From Eledone cirrhosa (Eukaryota), in assembly GCA_964016885.1 (NCBI GenBank), contig OZ024745.1:12586001-12650000 (forward strand): a DNA stretch of 64,000 bases. Direction: 5' to 3'. Positions 1-12,602 of this stretch are shown one piece after another. Both the position numbers and the translations under genes were made by a program. Every line of letters starts with the position of its first letter. The stretch's first letter is position 1. Under the pieces are notes generated by a model. That model saw only the letters and a program-made list of their open reading frames with translations. It did no database searches and had not been told where the DNA came from.

Positions 1-1250
1 AGGATACTGGCCCTTTGACGTGATGCATAAGGAGTCTTAAATAATACAGGTCACCACTTCGTGAGGAAACAGTGTATACTCGTCCCAAAATGTTCGCCTA
101 AAAATCCCTGGATACTGCTCAACTGTTTTCCCCACCTTTCTCCTTTTCCACCTCTTATTACTCCAAGTGTAAAACTTTGGCACATCGGCATAATACAATG
201 TTTTTGCAAACGGATCGCGATCGCAAAGATCCATGAACTCAGTCAGAGTCGTCTTAGCCATGTTATTGTTTACTTTAACAGCAGCATTGACCCGAAAGAA
301 GATTTGATTTTCCTCAGGTAGATGAACTTGAAGGCGAACTACGGCCGGTTCTCTCTCATGAATTGGAAATCCAAGTACCAAGGCAACAGCTTCTGAAGGA
401 CTGATATATCTTCCTATTAAATACTGTATTATCTCATCTTCCCTGTTCACTCCAAACATTGCCTGATCACTGCCCTTCATGGTATATTTGATAACGTATT
501 TGATCGATTTCACAGAAGAGCACATCTCTACGTTTAGGTGGCAGTTGAACAGTTTTAATAGTTTCATATTGTAGAGAACCACCCATTCCGAAGTTATATT
601 TCAGCTTCCCCTTCCTTCTTGGTGTCCCTCAAATCCTCCCATTCCCGGAGACCGTCTTCTGTACACAGGATAAGAGTCCTCTCCACACAATGTATATTCA
701 TTGAAATGCTTAGGGTGCGGCTTACTGCACGTTCCATCTTTCCAACACGGCGAATTGTTAGAGCAATTCGGACCGTGGATCATGTGATTCAGCACCAATT
801 CATGACCCTCTGGATCTGGTATTTCGGCTTGAACAAATTTATCGTATTCCTGCGGTCTGGGCTTGGAGGCTTCATTGAGCCATAGCAAACAGTGCACACG
901 AGGAAGACCTCACTTTTGATATTCGACTGTCAGCATGTAAGCAATGCACTTGCCAAATAGGCCATCTACTCCAGTAATATACTTTCTTAACAGTTTAGCT
1001 TCAGATCAAATACTCTGGCAATTAAATCTGGCCTGTAATGTGGCTTCTGATTCAGGAATAGGTTTTGCTGGATATCGGGCCAGTTTGGATTGCATGTCAT
1101 TGTGATGAAGAACGAAGGATTGCCGTACTTCCGTATGTACATCATGGCGTCCTGGCATCGTTCCATCATATATCTCGGTCCACCGACAGATGTGGAAGAG
1201 AGTATGATTCGCCTGCCAATATTGCGAAAATCGTCATCATCATTCAATGC
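1..1250 (-). mobile_element. Helitron Rep (HUH/Y2) domain, decayed, runs off the window start
   Basis: Three collinear minus-strand ORFs: GRRIILSSTSVGGPRYM..QDAMMYIRKYGNPSFFITMTCNPNW..RPDLIARVFDLKL (Rep motif 1); VEYQK*GLPRVHCLLWL (degenerate HUH motif 2); HMIHGP; YPVYRRR; LFNCHLNVEMCSSVKSIKYVIKY (motif 3 YxxKY); GRYISPSEA..FPIHEREPAVVRLQVHL. Stops and frameshifts present. Confidence 0.93.
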
Positions 1251-3767
1251 GTCAATAAGGCCCTTGTATGTTGTAGATCGCGAAGAAGAAGAAGAAGTGC
1301 CGGATCATTGATCATTAGGTGCCAGAAAAGCGGTGTTACACCCGTGTATTCAGATGCAGATTTATAGCCAAACAAATAAATATTTTAAGCTCACTATTAA
1401 AGAATTACCTCCCTTGCATCGTAGAGCAAAGTAAAAGGATCTCCGTCGGTTTCATTGGATCAACGAAATGGCCTGCTCGTTAAAATAACGTGTAAGTGGC
1501 TGAGTATTCACAATACACATGCACCTTGAATGTAATTCTCAGGGAGATTCAGCGCGACATTCTACCTATTTGAATTAGAGGTAAAGTCCACCCAACGCGA
1601 TTCCAAGCAGTTTCCATCCACCTAATTCCACTGACAAGGTTTGGGTCAACACAAAGCTATAGTAAAATAAATTTTCCGCAGATGCCACACACTGGAATCA
1701 AACTATGAACCTCACAATTGTGAAACAAACTTGTTAACAATTCAACTATGTTACAATCATCAGTTCTCTAATTTAGAATTACTTCCCTTTCATTGTAATC
1801 TTTTCATATATGGTATATATGGTCCCGTAACTCCCGATGAACGGCTGCCATATTGACAAGCGCTGTTTCTTAGGGCATATTTTCAAAACCTAGCGGAGTT
1901 CATCTCTTTTCCTGGTCTGAATACAGCAAATTTCTTCCAAAGTAGGATAGGAAGTGAGAGAATAGAAGTGTGAAAGAGATATAGAGGAAGAATCGACTCC
2001 AGTACTAGACTGGTACTTTTTTTATCAACCTTGTTGAACTCAGAGAGCAGAGGGCCCGAATGAGTACAGCAAAGCATTCTATCCGACCTGTTAACGTCAA
2101 TTCACTGCCTTAATTTAAATAGGAACTATTTAAAATGGGTTGTTTTGTTTCCTAGAATCAGAGGTGGTTTCGTGCGGCGGGTTGGTATCTAAACGGTATC
2201 TAATACGAGTTTATCATATTCACTATAACAAATCATTTTAAATCCACCAACGTTTATTTCACAGTGAATTGTTTTTCTCTCGTGTGAAGGTCTGTTAACT
2301 TTAGTTCGGTTCTCATTTTAAACGCATTCAATGACAATTCAATTAATCACAAATGAATATATTATATATAAATGAATATAACCAGTAAAAGACAGCCGTG
2401 GAGTAATATATATAATGCCAAACAACGAAACAAGGCTTGTTAGTTAGTTAAGCCACAGTTTACGATCGCTTCAGAAGGCAAAAAACATTTATTCTCGATA
2501 GTTATATAGCTCCATACTATTATACCCCCACCTCAGCACATTACATATATACACACACGCGCGCGCGCAAACACACATATATAGATATATGTATAATATA
2601 TATGTTCGTGTGTAGAGAGAGAGAGAAAGAAAGAAAGAGAGAGGGGGAGATATTATTCATACATACACACACACACACATATATATATATGTGATATATA
2701 TATACATATAATATATATATACATACAATCTATATATTCATACCTATAACACACACACACGTATACACGTGTGCATATATCTTCCCCTCCCTCCACTCCC
2801 CTTACCATCACCATTGAATTTATTTCTACCTTTCTTTCTCTCTTTTTTTTTTATTTTTTTTTTTTCAAACATGACATAACTTAATTTATGAATAAAACTT
2901 TTGATTTTTGAAAAACGTACATAACATAAGATAACATTAAAGGAGATTACTCTTGTTTCCATCTCTTCCTGATTATCTCCCTTGACACAATTGGTATCTG
3001 TCGGACAGACAACCCTGATACGATATTCTTTAAGAAGTTCGTTTATTAAGCAAGCGATGCGATGTTCGATCCCATTTTATGTCAAAATGAATGAATGTCT
3101 TCTACTGTAGCATCGGGTGGGCGTGTGTGTGTTTATTCTGTGTGTGTGTGTATGTGTGTGTCTGGGATTTATATGCTATATATATATATATATATATATA
3201 TAAATATTCCAACCATCCACACCATATCTTGAAAAATATCCAGCACCTCGCCATAATCTGACGGAACTACCTCAGGACCTTATCCATGAACATACACTCA
3301 CACATTTTTTTTCGCACCACGCCACCCACATCCACACCACATATAAACACAAACACACACGTGCGTACCCCCACATATACACAACCTCCGGAATCCATAC
3401 GCCACCTCCCTCACCCCCTGAACCCTCTCCTTCCACACGTACGCACACATCGACTTACACCCCACCCCACGCAAACACCTTTTCCTGAACATGGAACCTC
3501 GTTCTTCCGCAAACGCTCACATACACACGCACACACACTCACGTACACCTACACACATACAAAAACACCACCTTCAGCCTTCCTCGCTTCGACCCCCGCC
3601 TCCCTCTCCCAACTCCACCTGCCACCACCCTTACACGCCCCACAACCTTCCACCACTTGTCCATCTTATTGTTTATTCTTATTTTTATTTTTATTTGTTC
3701 TCCTTCCCCCTTTTTTCTAAATGTATTTCCACGCACCCTCTGAACACTCTTCCTAACCTATTTATTC

Positions 3768-3795
3768 CTGAAGAAGGGCTTATGCCCGAAACGTC
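3768..3795 (+). ncRNA. Minimal Penelope-type hammerhead motif near the 3' end of a (TA)n-flanked element (about 3203-3882)
   Basis: CTGAAGA-A-GGGC-TTAT-GCCC-GAAA-CG-TC: intact core, 4-bp stem II, palindromic ACGT stem III, GUC site. Stem I pairs poorly. AATAAA follows at about 3830. Confidence 0.7.
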
Positions 3796-3897
3796 GTGCC
3801 CCACCTCCCACTCTCAAAAGCGTGAACCTAATAAACCTTTCTTTGTCTGCCTCTCTGTTTTGTTCCCGTATAAATTTGCACTATATATATATATATA

Positions 3898-4367
3898 AAT
3901 GTAAGTATGTATACGTACATACATATATGTATACAGACATACAGTAGTATGTATATACATACATACATGCACACACATATATATATGTACGTATGGGTTT
4001 ACCGAACATTTATTATAATGCTCGGTTTGTTTGCAAATTAGGCTGCTCAGCCGTTAATATGAATAAGGAGGGTATATACATTCAAACGTTCAATCAACTG
4101 ACAGGAAGGTATACTGTGCTGATGACAGCTAATAAGCTAGAAACTAGTTCATCGTTCCTTTGTCAGTGTTGAACAAAATGGCAGCGATGGTTGCCGAACA
4201 CTGTACGGCTAATAATTCGGGATGTTTGTTTACAAACAAACCGAGCATTATAATAAATGTTCGGTAAACCCATACGTACATATATATATGTGTGCATGTA
4301 TGTATATATATACATACTACTGTACGTCTGTATTCATATATGTATGTACGTATACATACTTACATTT
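3898..4367. mobile_element. Fold-back element with about 140-bp inverted repeats and an HHR-like motif in the spacer
   Basis: 3898-4038 is the near-perfect reverse complement of about 4229-4367. The left end abuts a (TA)n tract. Confidence 0.8.
4088..4174 (+). ncRNA. Type I hammerhead-like motif (GUU site, C·A at 10.1-11.1)
   Basis: GTG-CTGATGA-C-AGCT-AATA-AGCT-A-GAAA-CTAG-TT-CAT. Extended interrupted stem I: GTTCAA/TTGAAC, ACTGACA/TGTCAGT, GGAA/TTCC. Confidence 0.7.
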
Positions 4368-4466
4368 AAGTATCAGCCGTTCTAAGAGTGAGAAATGAAA
4401 TTTCATTTTTTCCATTTATATATATATATATATGTATGTATATATATATATATGTATGTATATATA

Positions 4467-4549
<83 letters not shown>

Positions 4550-4767
4550 TATATAGAAATTATAGAATTATATAGAAATTATAGATTCATGTAATTTCTA
4601 TTTAACTGGTCTGTAAAACAACTGATGTTGTTACATTGAGCTATTTATCTTACTGGTAATAAGATAGTAATAAATTACTGTCTTTCACTATTTAGGGTTT
4701 AAAATATATATAACTATAAAAGGTTTTAGTATATACATAACCATAAATAGTATCATATTCAGTGAAT

Positions 4768-4836
4768 ATGGTTAGTTCGCGAAATTGGTTAGTTCGCGAA
4801 ATTGGTTAGTTCGCGAAATTGGTTAGTTCGCGAAAT
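4768..4836 (+). repeat. 17-bp tandem repeat (TTGGTTAGTTCGCGAAA) x4
   Basis: Direct reading. Confidence 0.9.
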
Positions 4837-5142
4837 TTATTATACTTATTGACCAACCAATCAAATTACTTCTCTAAATACCTGGCGTTTCGAGCCACTT
4901 TTTTCCATATAAAACAAGTAACATTCAAAGACCAACCAGATGTGAGAAAAACCACAGACCCCCCATCTCAACTCTACTTTAGAAAAGCAGAAGAACTGCG
5001 AAACCGATAAAGGAACCAAATAAATATATATATATTTTTTAAATAAGACTCCAGTTGCATTTTCGATTTCATCTTTTTTTCTTTATACTTTCACTCGTGT
5101 AGGACACCTCGGTTATTTTTCATTTTGTAAAAAAAAACTCAC

Positions 5143-5221
<79 letters not shown>

Positions 5222-5231
<10 letters not shown>

Positions 5232-6300
5232 AAGAATCAAAGAACTGTTCAAAACATTATTGTGCTTACAGCTGTTTCCTCCAAACCGAGGTTTGGATTC
5301 TTCGGAGCAATTTATTAATGCATGGACAGTTATATGACCTCCTTTTCAGCCGAGAGACATACCAATACATATTCAAACATTGATACATATTCAAACATTG
5401 TGGGTCAACATTCATTACAGAATTTAGAGTGGCAGTACACACTTCGAGATTACATTTATATTAATAGGTACAATCAAAAATCAAAAATATAGGTTAAGAT
5501 ACAACATGAAGATAAGCGGTTATATAGTGCAAATGTTATATGTGTGGCACGCATGTGCGTCTTGTTTATATAGTGTGGCAGAGAGATATGTGTGGTAGAG
5601 GCACTTAGGTAGGTAAATCTCCATTACTTATAACACTTTTAATGCTTGCACTATCTTTAATGCTTATAATATTTCTCCACACACAGACTATATCAATCAT
5701 ATAAAGGATTTTCCACCAGATCTACCAACCTAACACTCTTATTTACCTACCTAAGTGCCTCTACCACACATATCTCTCTGCCACACTATATAAACAAGAC
5801 ACACATGCGTGCCACACATATAACATTTGCACTATATAACCGCTTATCTTCATGTTGTATCTTAACCTATATTTTTGATTTTTGATTGTACCTATTAATA
5901 TAAATGTAATCTCGAAGTGTGTACTGCCACTCTAAATTCTGTAATGAATGTTGACCCACAATGTTTGAATATGTATCAATGTTTGAATATGTATTGGTAT
6001 GTCTCTCGGCTGAAAAGGAGGTCATATAACTGTCCATGCATTAATAAATTGCTCCGAAGAATCCAAACCTCGGTTTGGAGGAAACAGCTGTAAGCACAAT
6101 AATGTTTTGAACAGTTCTTTGATTCTTATATTTCATATAACTGCTCTGTAAATCATCTGATGTTTTTACATTGAGCTACTTAACTTACTGGTAATAAGGT
6201 AGTAATACAATACTGCCTACCACTATTTAGGGTGTGTGTAAAATACTTACAACTGCTTAAGGTTTTGTATTTACATAACCATAAATAGTATAACTAATAC
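5222..6300. mobile_element. Penelope-like fold-back element (about 400-bp inverted repeat, HHR in each arm) between (TA)n tracts
   Basis: About 5222-5615 is the reverse complement of about 5742-6138. A diverged copy of the 6130-6290 tail lies at about 4570-4755. Confidence 0.8.
6050..6096 (+). ncRNA. Type I hammerhead-like motif, C4 core variant (inverted copy at 5263-5309, minus strand)
   Basis: TGCT-CCGAAGA-A-TCCAAAC-CTCG-GTTTGGA-G-GAAA-CAGCTG-TA-AGCA. Palindromic loopless stem III, GUA site. Confidence 0.72.
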
Positions 6301-6361
6301 TATATATATATATATTCATTCAAAATATTAACAAAAATAGAACTTCATTGTGATCAAGTAT

Positions 6362-6426
6362 ATTTTATTATACATATTTCAGAGGTACTGAGCTAACTTC
6401 AACAGTACGTCCTCATCAGATAAAAT
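6362..6426 (-). ncRNA. Type I hammerhead ribozyme within a short fold-back (IR about 6312-6372 / 6486-6546)
   Basis: Minus strand: ATTTTAT-CTGATGA-GGACGTACTG-loop-CAGTACCTCT-GAAA-TATGTA-TA-ATAAAAT. 7-bp stem I, canonical core. Confidence 0.8.
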
Positions 6427-6963
6427 AAGATGATGCATGACATACCCTGACATAGTAGATGGTTAAGATCCAGTCATGGTATAAATATAATAAAATATAC
6501 TTGATCACAATGAAGTTCTATTTTTGTTAATATTTTGAATGAATATCAATAACTCCGGAAAACCTTTTTTCTGTTGAGTGCTTCCAATCTATTGTAAAAT
6601 TAATTCTTTGATGTATTCATCGAACCTTGTTTAACCTTTAAGTATAGATATATATATATATATACGCACACCCACACACAGTGGAACCTCGGTTCACGAC
6701 CATGCAAGCTGCCAACAACACTTGGCGACAAGCTGGGAGTATCGGCGGTAAAGCATCACTTGCTGTGTAGTTAGTTACTATGGTAACATCTCTCTGCCTT
6801 TCAAACACTGTATACCTTTCTCTCTCACAGAATTTCTCTCTCAATATTTCGTATGAAAAAAAAAAAAAAAAAAGTTTCGGCTTACGAACATTGGTGGCCT
6901 TCAAGAAGGAATTAGGTCGAGAACCGAGGTTTCACTGCATATGCTTCTTTATGTGTGTATACG

Positions 6964-7007
<44 letters not shown>

Positions 7008-7014
7008 TGCTGAT

Positions 7015-7955
7015 GTCGCACCGCCCCAACAGAGGGGAGAAGGCAAACATATACAGAGCAATACAGACGGCGGCAGCGGAGCAAAGGAGTTTTTAGAGAT
7101 GGCGGAGAGGATTGTGGGACAACTGACCTGACCTGGCTGCATCGTTTTCAGAGCCAGGGTCACTCACACCAACACTCGAGACCACCACAATCAAAGGACC
7201 CAGGGCGGCCACCGCTGACACCAGGCCAGGTGCCACACCGATAGCTATTGCTGACACCCCAAATGTCACATCAGTGCTGCTGTTGAATGTCAGAGGCCTG
7301 TTCTGTTGAAACTCACTAACATGGATAAAATTCCCTACCTGAGAGACGTAACCATAAGCAATCAAACAATATCCATGGCACTAACTGAAACGCACCTGAC
7401 AAACAGATGCGGAAATACATATACCAACATACACTTCATTTCGTTCAGACAGGAAGGAGAGAATGCATGGTGGGGTTGTAGATCTGTGAAGATGTCACAC
7501 CCATGAGTCAACAGTACAATGTAACACACTGATAGTACATATAAAGCAACTAGAAATGGTAATATGTGTCACATATCACGAATAGTCACAAAGGTAAGTT
7601 TGAAGATAGCCTCAAAAGGATGGAATAAGTCCTTGACAAACTGGACCAAGGTCTCAAAATTCTGCTGCTGGGAGACTTTAACTTATCGAAGGTCAAATGG
7701 CCTGAAGGCCCTCAACTCTTCAACAAGCTGCCAAGAAATTTGAGAGATCTGCATGATGTGGACGTGGATGTTTTCAAGAAACATCTTGATACTCTGCTAT
7801 CGAGGATCCCGGATGAGCCCACAGCACTACGAAGGTAACTTAAGGACAGCAGCAACGAACTCCCTCTTACACCAATGGCCAGCCAACACAGAATGTGTAG
7901 CAACAAGGTCGGTGTCCCAGCATCGCCTCAGCCGGATGGCTAGAACAGGTAAAAG
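7015..7955 (+). mobile_element. Internally deleted CR1/L2-type LINE remnant (APE endonuclease start joined to the 3' end)
   Basis: SVLLLNVRGL..., ALTETHL, ILLLGDFNL (APE motifs) followed directly by GPQLFNKLPRNLRDLH..FKKHLDTLL. The same 3' end occurs at 59955-60200. Confidence 0.7.
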
Positions 7956-8014
7956 AGAATATATATATAGTTTACCTCAGTAAATGTAATGAAAAATTAA
8001 CACCTCGTCCATTT

Positions 8015-8074
<60 letters not shown>

Positions 8075-8137
8075 CCACGTCACAGTTCTTAGCCATTTTG
8101 AATTCGTTTCTGGCGGGGATCATTTAAAAAAATTCTT

Positions 8138-8221
8138 TGTTTCCTGATGAGTTCGAAGCTCGAGAATTTATCCTTGATAGGATATTTCCGAAAGCGAACG
8201 AAACCCTGAAGGGTAGAAACG
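8138..8221 (+). ncRNA. Canonical type I hammerhead ribozyme in a roughly 440-bp element (about 8071-8512) bounded by (TA)n on both sides
   Basis: TGTTTC-CTGATGA-GTTCG-[hairpin ATCCT-TGAT-AGGAT]-CGAAC-GAAA-CCC-TGAA-GGG-TA-GAAACG. All core nucleotides and three stems present; GUA site ends at 8215. Confidence 0.9.
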
Positions 8222-8510
8222 TAATCCTGGTATGTGTATATGCATTTTTTCTTCTAACTTTTATTTTATACCTAATTGTGTATGGTTGACGATATATTTA
8301 ATCGATTTCCATGTGCTATTGAAATGCTGGGTACATATTCTATAGCGGTTGATCGCGCGAATAGATGGCTGTCGTTTATTTATCTACTATTTCTTCATAG
8401 GTGCCTTTTAATCATATAGCCTTGTTTAATTGGTTTTTTGTGTGGTTGATTATGCTAATTGGGAGAGGAAATTGTATATATGTATATTATCAAATGATTC
8501 TATGGACATA

Positions 8511-8605
<95 letters not shown>

Positions 8606-8789
8606 TTGCCAGCCACCATGGGCACAGTCATGAATGAGAAAATTAAAAAGAAGTATAAATATATTCGGACACGAGGAGGAGCCTTATACTCATTAATGAT
8701 GGACGCTATAAACCCTATCATAGCTCAGTGTAGTGTTGATGAGAATATCCAATGAAAGCAAAGCGTACATTTGTGTATATGTGTGTGTA

Positions 8790-8836
<47 letters not shown>

Positions 8837-9552
8837 GAGAGAGAGAGAGAGACTGGCTAATATCCAGCTGATCGTATTTCGAATCATGTCAGCAATATCT
8901 CCCGATGACATTACTGTTTTATTTATTATATTCTGTTTCGTTTATCATATTAGTCATGCGGTAGAAACTTGTTGAGATTCAATGTGTCATTATTATTTGA
9001 ACATCAACTATGCTTTAACCTTTACTTGAAACAGTAAACTAAATATAAACAATCTAGTTTTAGAACTACTGGGCTGGTAGGATGTTTTTAATTTTCACGT
9101 TAACTTAAAGTTAGAAGCATAAACGTACGTATTTGGCTGTGAAAAAATAGTTTAAATTAGATACAAAAGTCCCTTGGACGGGCGATGTTCTACAATTTTT
9201 CTTGTCATCTTCAGGAGCTTATATGTCTAAATTATTAAACTGAGTATGTTTTATTACAAATCTCTGGTTAACTGTTTCTTGTTCTTTTTTTAAAATATAT
9301 AAAGAGCTCTTATATATCATCTATTATATATTTCTTAATGTTTGTCTCTGTGTGCACCCCATCCTTTTACCCCTGATCCCTTAAGTATTTTTTCACATTC
9401 CTCATCACACTTTTTCGCATCCCTTTTTTCATTTGTATGTAGCCGTCATCTTCATCCTTTTGCTGTAGTTATCATCTACTTCTCCGTTACCACTACGGTA
9501 TTGAATCAATGTTTTACTAACCTACATCTTAATGCCACTCCCTTTCTCTAAC

Positions 9553-9743
9553 AATTGTTTCTATTTTTGGCACAAGGCCAGCAATTATCCTAGTGTATTA
9601 CTGGTACTTTATTTTATCGACCCCGTAAGGATGAAAGGCAAAGTTAACCTCGCCGGGATTTGAACTCAGAATGGCAAGGGCCGTAACTCTTTACTGCAAA
9701 GTATGGCGTCCGACCCTCTACCGATACTGCCAATCCACCGCCC
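9553..9743 (-). mobile_element. tRNA-derived SINE family A
   Basis: Box A/B-like head (TGGCAGTATCGG..GAGTTCAAATCCC), core AACTTTGCCTTTCATCCTTACGGGGTCGATAAAATAAAGTACCAG, tail GCTGGCCTTGTGCC..GTAGAAACAATT; many copies in the window. Confidence 0.85.
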
Positions 9744-10574
9744 TTTCTCTAATAATGTTACTACCTCTTATTTCCACTTTCCCATCTCTTTGTCTTTCCA
9801 CTCACTTTTGCTTTCTATCCACCCCATTCTCTCTCATATTCCTTCCAGTCTTCCCTAACCGCTAGGTTATCTGCCTTCTTTCTTTTTAACTTTAAATTAC
9901 ATTTGTTTTTTTTTCTCTTGTTTTTTTTTTACAAAGGTCCAAGCTAAACAATTTGGTAGGAAAGACTAGTCGATTACATCGAGCAATTCTTGACTAGTAC
10001 TTATTTTATTGGCCCCAGAAGGAGGAACTGCCTCAATAAAGCCACAGAAAAGCCATCTGTCAATTACGATATCCCCTCCACCGTTGTCACCTTCACTTTA
10101 GCTTTATTTTAACTTTTCTTACTGACACTCTCTACTTCATACTATTACATTTTATTTACACTCCTCCACTTCTGCTTTTCTCTTTCATTCTTCGGATTGC
10201 CTTTCTCTCCCACTTTCTAACCCCCCTCACTACTATATATATATCTCATATTCTTCCAATCTGAACTAATGAATGTATACTTTGCGATCCCCAGAGAAAT
10301 GGAAGGTAGGACTGCTTCTGTTTATATTTTGAACTCATAACCTGGAAGGACGAAACTATATGATTCGATTCTATGTGGCAACCACTGTACTCTCCATGCG
10401 CAACATATTCAATACCCTTAGGTATGGCTGAAACACCACAATATCCCAATATTCGTCTCTTATCCATTTGAGACGACAATTAGTATTTAATAATTAAAAC
10501 ATATAGACACGAACACAAACAGTCAGGGTACTTTTGTATTTCAAACTGTTCAGAGCTGCACACTCACTCGTAAA

Positions 10575-11190
10575 TCCACATTGGTCATAATTTCAGATTG
10601 GTCATAGTTCCATACTGATCCTAGGCATACACTGATCATAGGGTCATACTAATCATAGTTGCAGACTAGTTATAGATCTACACAGATCATAGCTCCACAA
10701 CAGTCATAGGTGTACACTTCTTCTGTCCCTAACTTCAGATTAGTCATATTTTCACTCTGATCAACACTAGTCTTAAGTCAACATTGGTTATAGGTCCATA
10801 ATTCTCCTAGATTTATACTGGTACTAGTTATAGGTCCACATCTATCACAGTTTCACAATGATTAATACTTGTCATAAATTCACACTGGTCATAAGACAAC
10901 ACTGGTTCTAGGTCTACGCTGATCCTAGTCACAGGTTGACATTGATCATAGCTTACAATGATTAGCACTATTCATAAGTCCACAATAGTCATAAGTCAAC
11001 ACTGATCATAGGCCTGTATATGCTGGTTCAAGACATAAGTTAACATTGATCATAAGTTCACACTGATTATCATAAATCATAAGCTGATACTGGTCATAAA
11101 CCCACTTTGACAATAAATTTGTTTACACCGGTCCTGATCTCACACTGATAATCGATTAATACTAATTATATGTCGATACTGATCAAAGAT
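10575..11190 (+). repeat. Degenerate minisatellite, unit about 19-20 bp (CACACTG[G/A]TCATAGGT-like)
   Basis: Recurrent ACTGATCATA / ACTGGTCATA words at short regular spacing. Confidence 0.7.
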
Positions 11191-11378
11191 CCATTAGATC
11201 CACGTAATGATTCCTTGTTTGGCACAATAATTCATTGAAAAGTCACTGGAGATGCATGCTGGTTCTATATTCTGGCAGTTTCCACGGTTAGCACGGGACC
11301 CAAGCCATCACAATTTTGTTGTAAGTCACAAATACACCTTTGTTGGGTTTACTGAAAATATATAAACATAAATAATAT

Positions 11379-11570
11379 AATTGTTTCTACTTTTGGCACA
11401 AGGCCAGCAATTACCCAGTGCATTACTGGTACTTTATTTTATCGACCCCGTAAGGATGAAAGGCAAAGTTAACCTCGGCGGGATTTGAACTCAGAATGGC
11501 AAGGGCCGTAACTCTATGCGTCAAAGCATGGCGCCCGACCCTCTACCGGTACTGCCAATCCACCGCCCTT
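11379..11570 (-). mobile_element. SINE family A, full-length
   Basis: Closely similar to 9553-9743. Confidence 0.85.
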
Positions 11571-11599
11571 TTTCGACTTACAGTAATACGCCAGCTTCA

Positions 11600-12090
11600 G
11601 CATTCACTAATCAAAAGAAGGTAGTTTGGCATAAAAGTCAAACTCGCTATCTTCAATTTGGTATTCGTTCCAATTCTTACCTATGGTCATGAATATTGAG
11701 TAATGACCAAAAGAATACCATCGCGAATACAAGCGGCCGAAATGGGGTTCATCCAAAAGGTCTTTGGAGTAATGTTACTCGATAGAGTGCGTAGCTCTGA
11801 GATCAGAGTCACTCCAGGTAGAGTTGCTACTTCTCCCAATTGAGAGATCACAGCTCCGATACTATGGGCATGTGCTTAGAATGTCTCAGGAAAGAATTTC
11901 TGGACATATTTTACCGGTAAAGTCCACCGGTAGGAGGCCCAGGGATAGACCCCGAGCAAGGACTGTTGGATATCATCCATGAGCTTGGCTGGTCTCACTT
12001 GGGGATCCAGTCGGATTAGTTGGAGATGGTTGCTTCTGACAGGAAATTTGTGGCCGTACATTACAATTTCCCCAAATGTTTGGGGATGCC
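11600..12090 (+). mobile_element. RTE-like LINE 3' fragment
   Basis: VPILTYGHEY*VMTKRIPSRIQAAEMGF..LLDRVRSSEIR..IERSQLRYYGHVLRMSQER, the C-terminal region typical of RTE-clade ORF2. A related tail lies at about 42365-42535. Confidence 0.75.
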
Positions 12091-12382
12091 TGTGTATATA
12101 TATATATATACATACACACATGTATGTGTGTGTATATATATATATATATTCACACACATACATGTGTGTGTGTGTGTGTGTGAATATAGCCTATATCATT
12201 CGTTTTGATACAGGCTGTATATGAAGTCTAAAAATGTTTAGATAGAATGGAAGAATGGTCTTACCACTTGAAATACCTGCATCCTTCAAACACCCCGTCA
12301 TGTTTACCATCTGTAAATAAAGAATAGATTATTAACAATCCTTCCGTCAATATGTTTCTTATTACTATTATATACAGGAGGG

Positions 12383-12602
12383 AGGGCGGTGGATTGGCAG
12401 TATCGGTAGAGGGTCGGACGTCATGCTTTGCAGCATAGAATTACGGCTCTTTATGATCTAAGCTCAAATCCCGCCGAGGTTAACTTTGCCTTTCATCCTT
12501 ATGGAGTCGATAAAATAAAGTACCAGTCACGCACTGGTGTCGATTTAATCGACTTTCCCCTCCCCCCAAATTACTGGCCTTGTGCCTATATAAGAAACCA
12601 TT
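12383..12602 (+). mobile_element. SINE family A (variant with a longer body)
   Basis: Same head, core and tail as 9553-9743. Confidence 0.85.

Noticed and set aside
1400-2990. Recurrent (G/A)ATTA(C/T)CTCCCTTG motif (also about 38050 and 43770-43800)
   Set aside because: Too short and scattered; probably relics of a common dispersed repeat.
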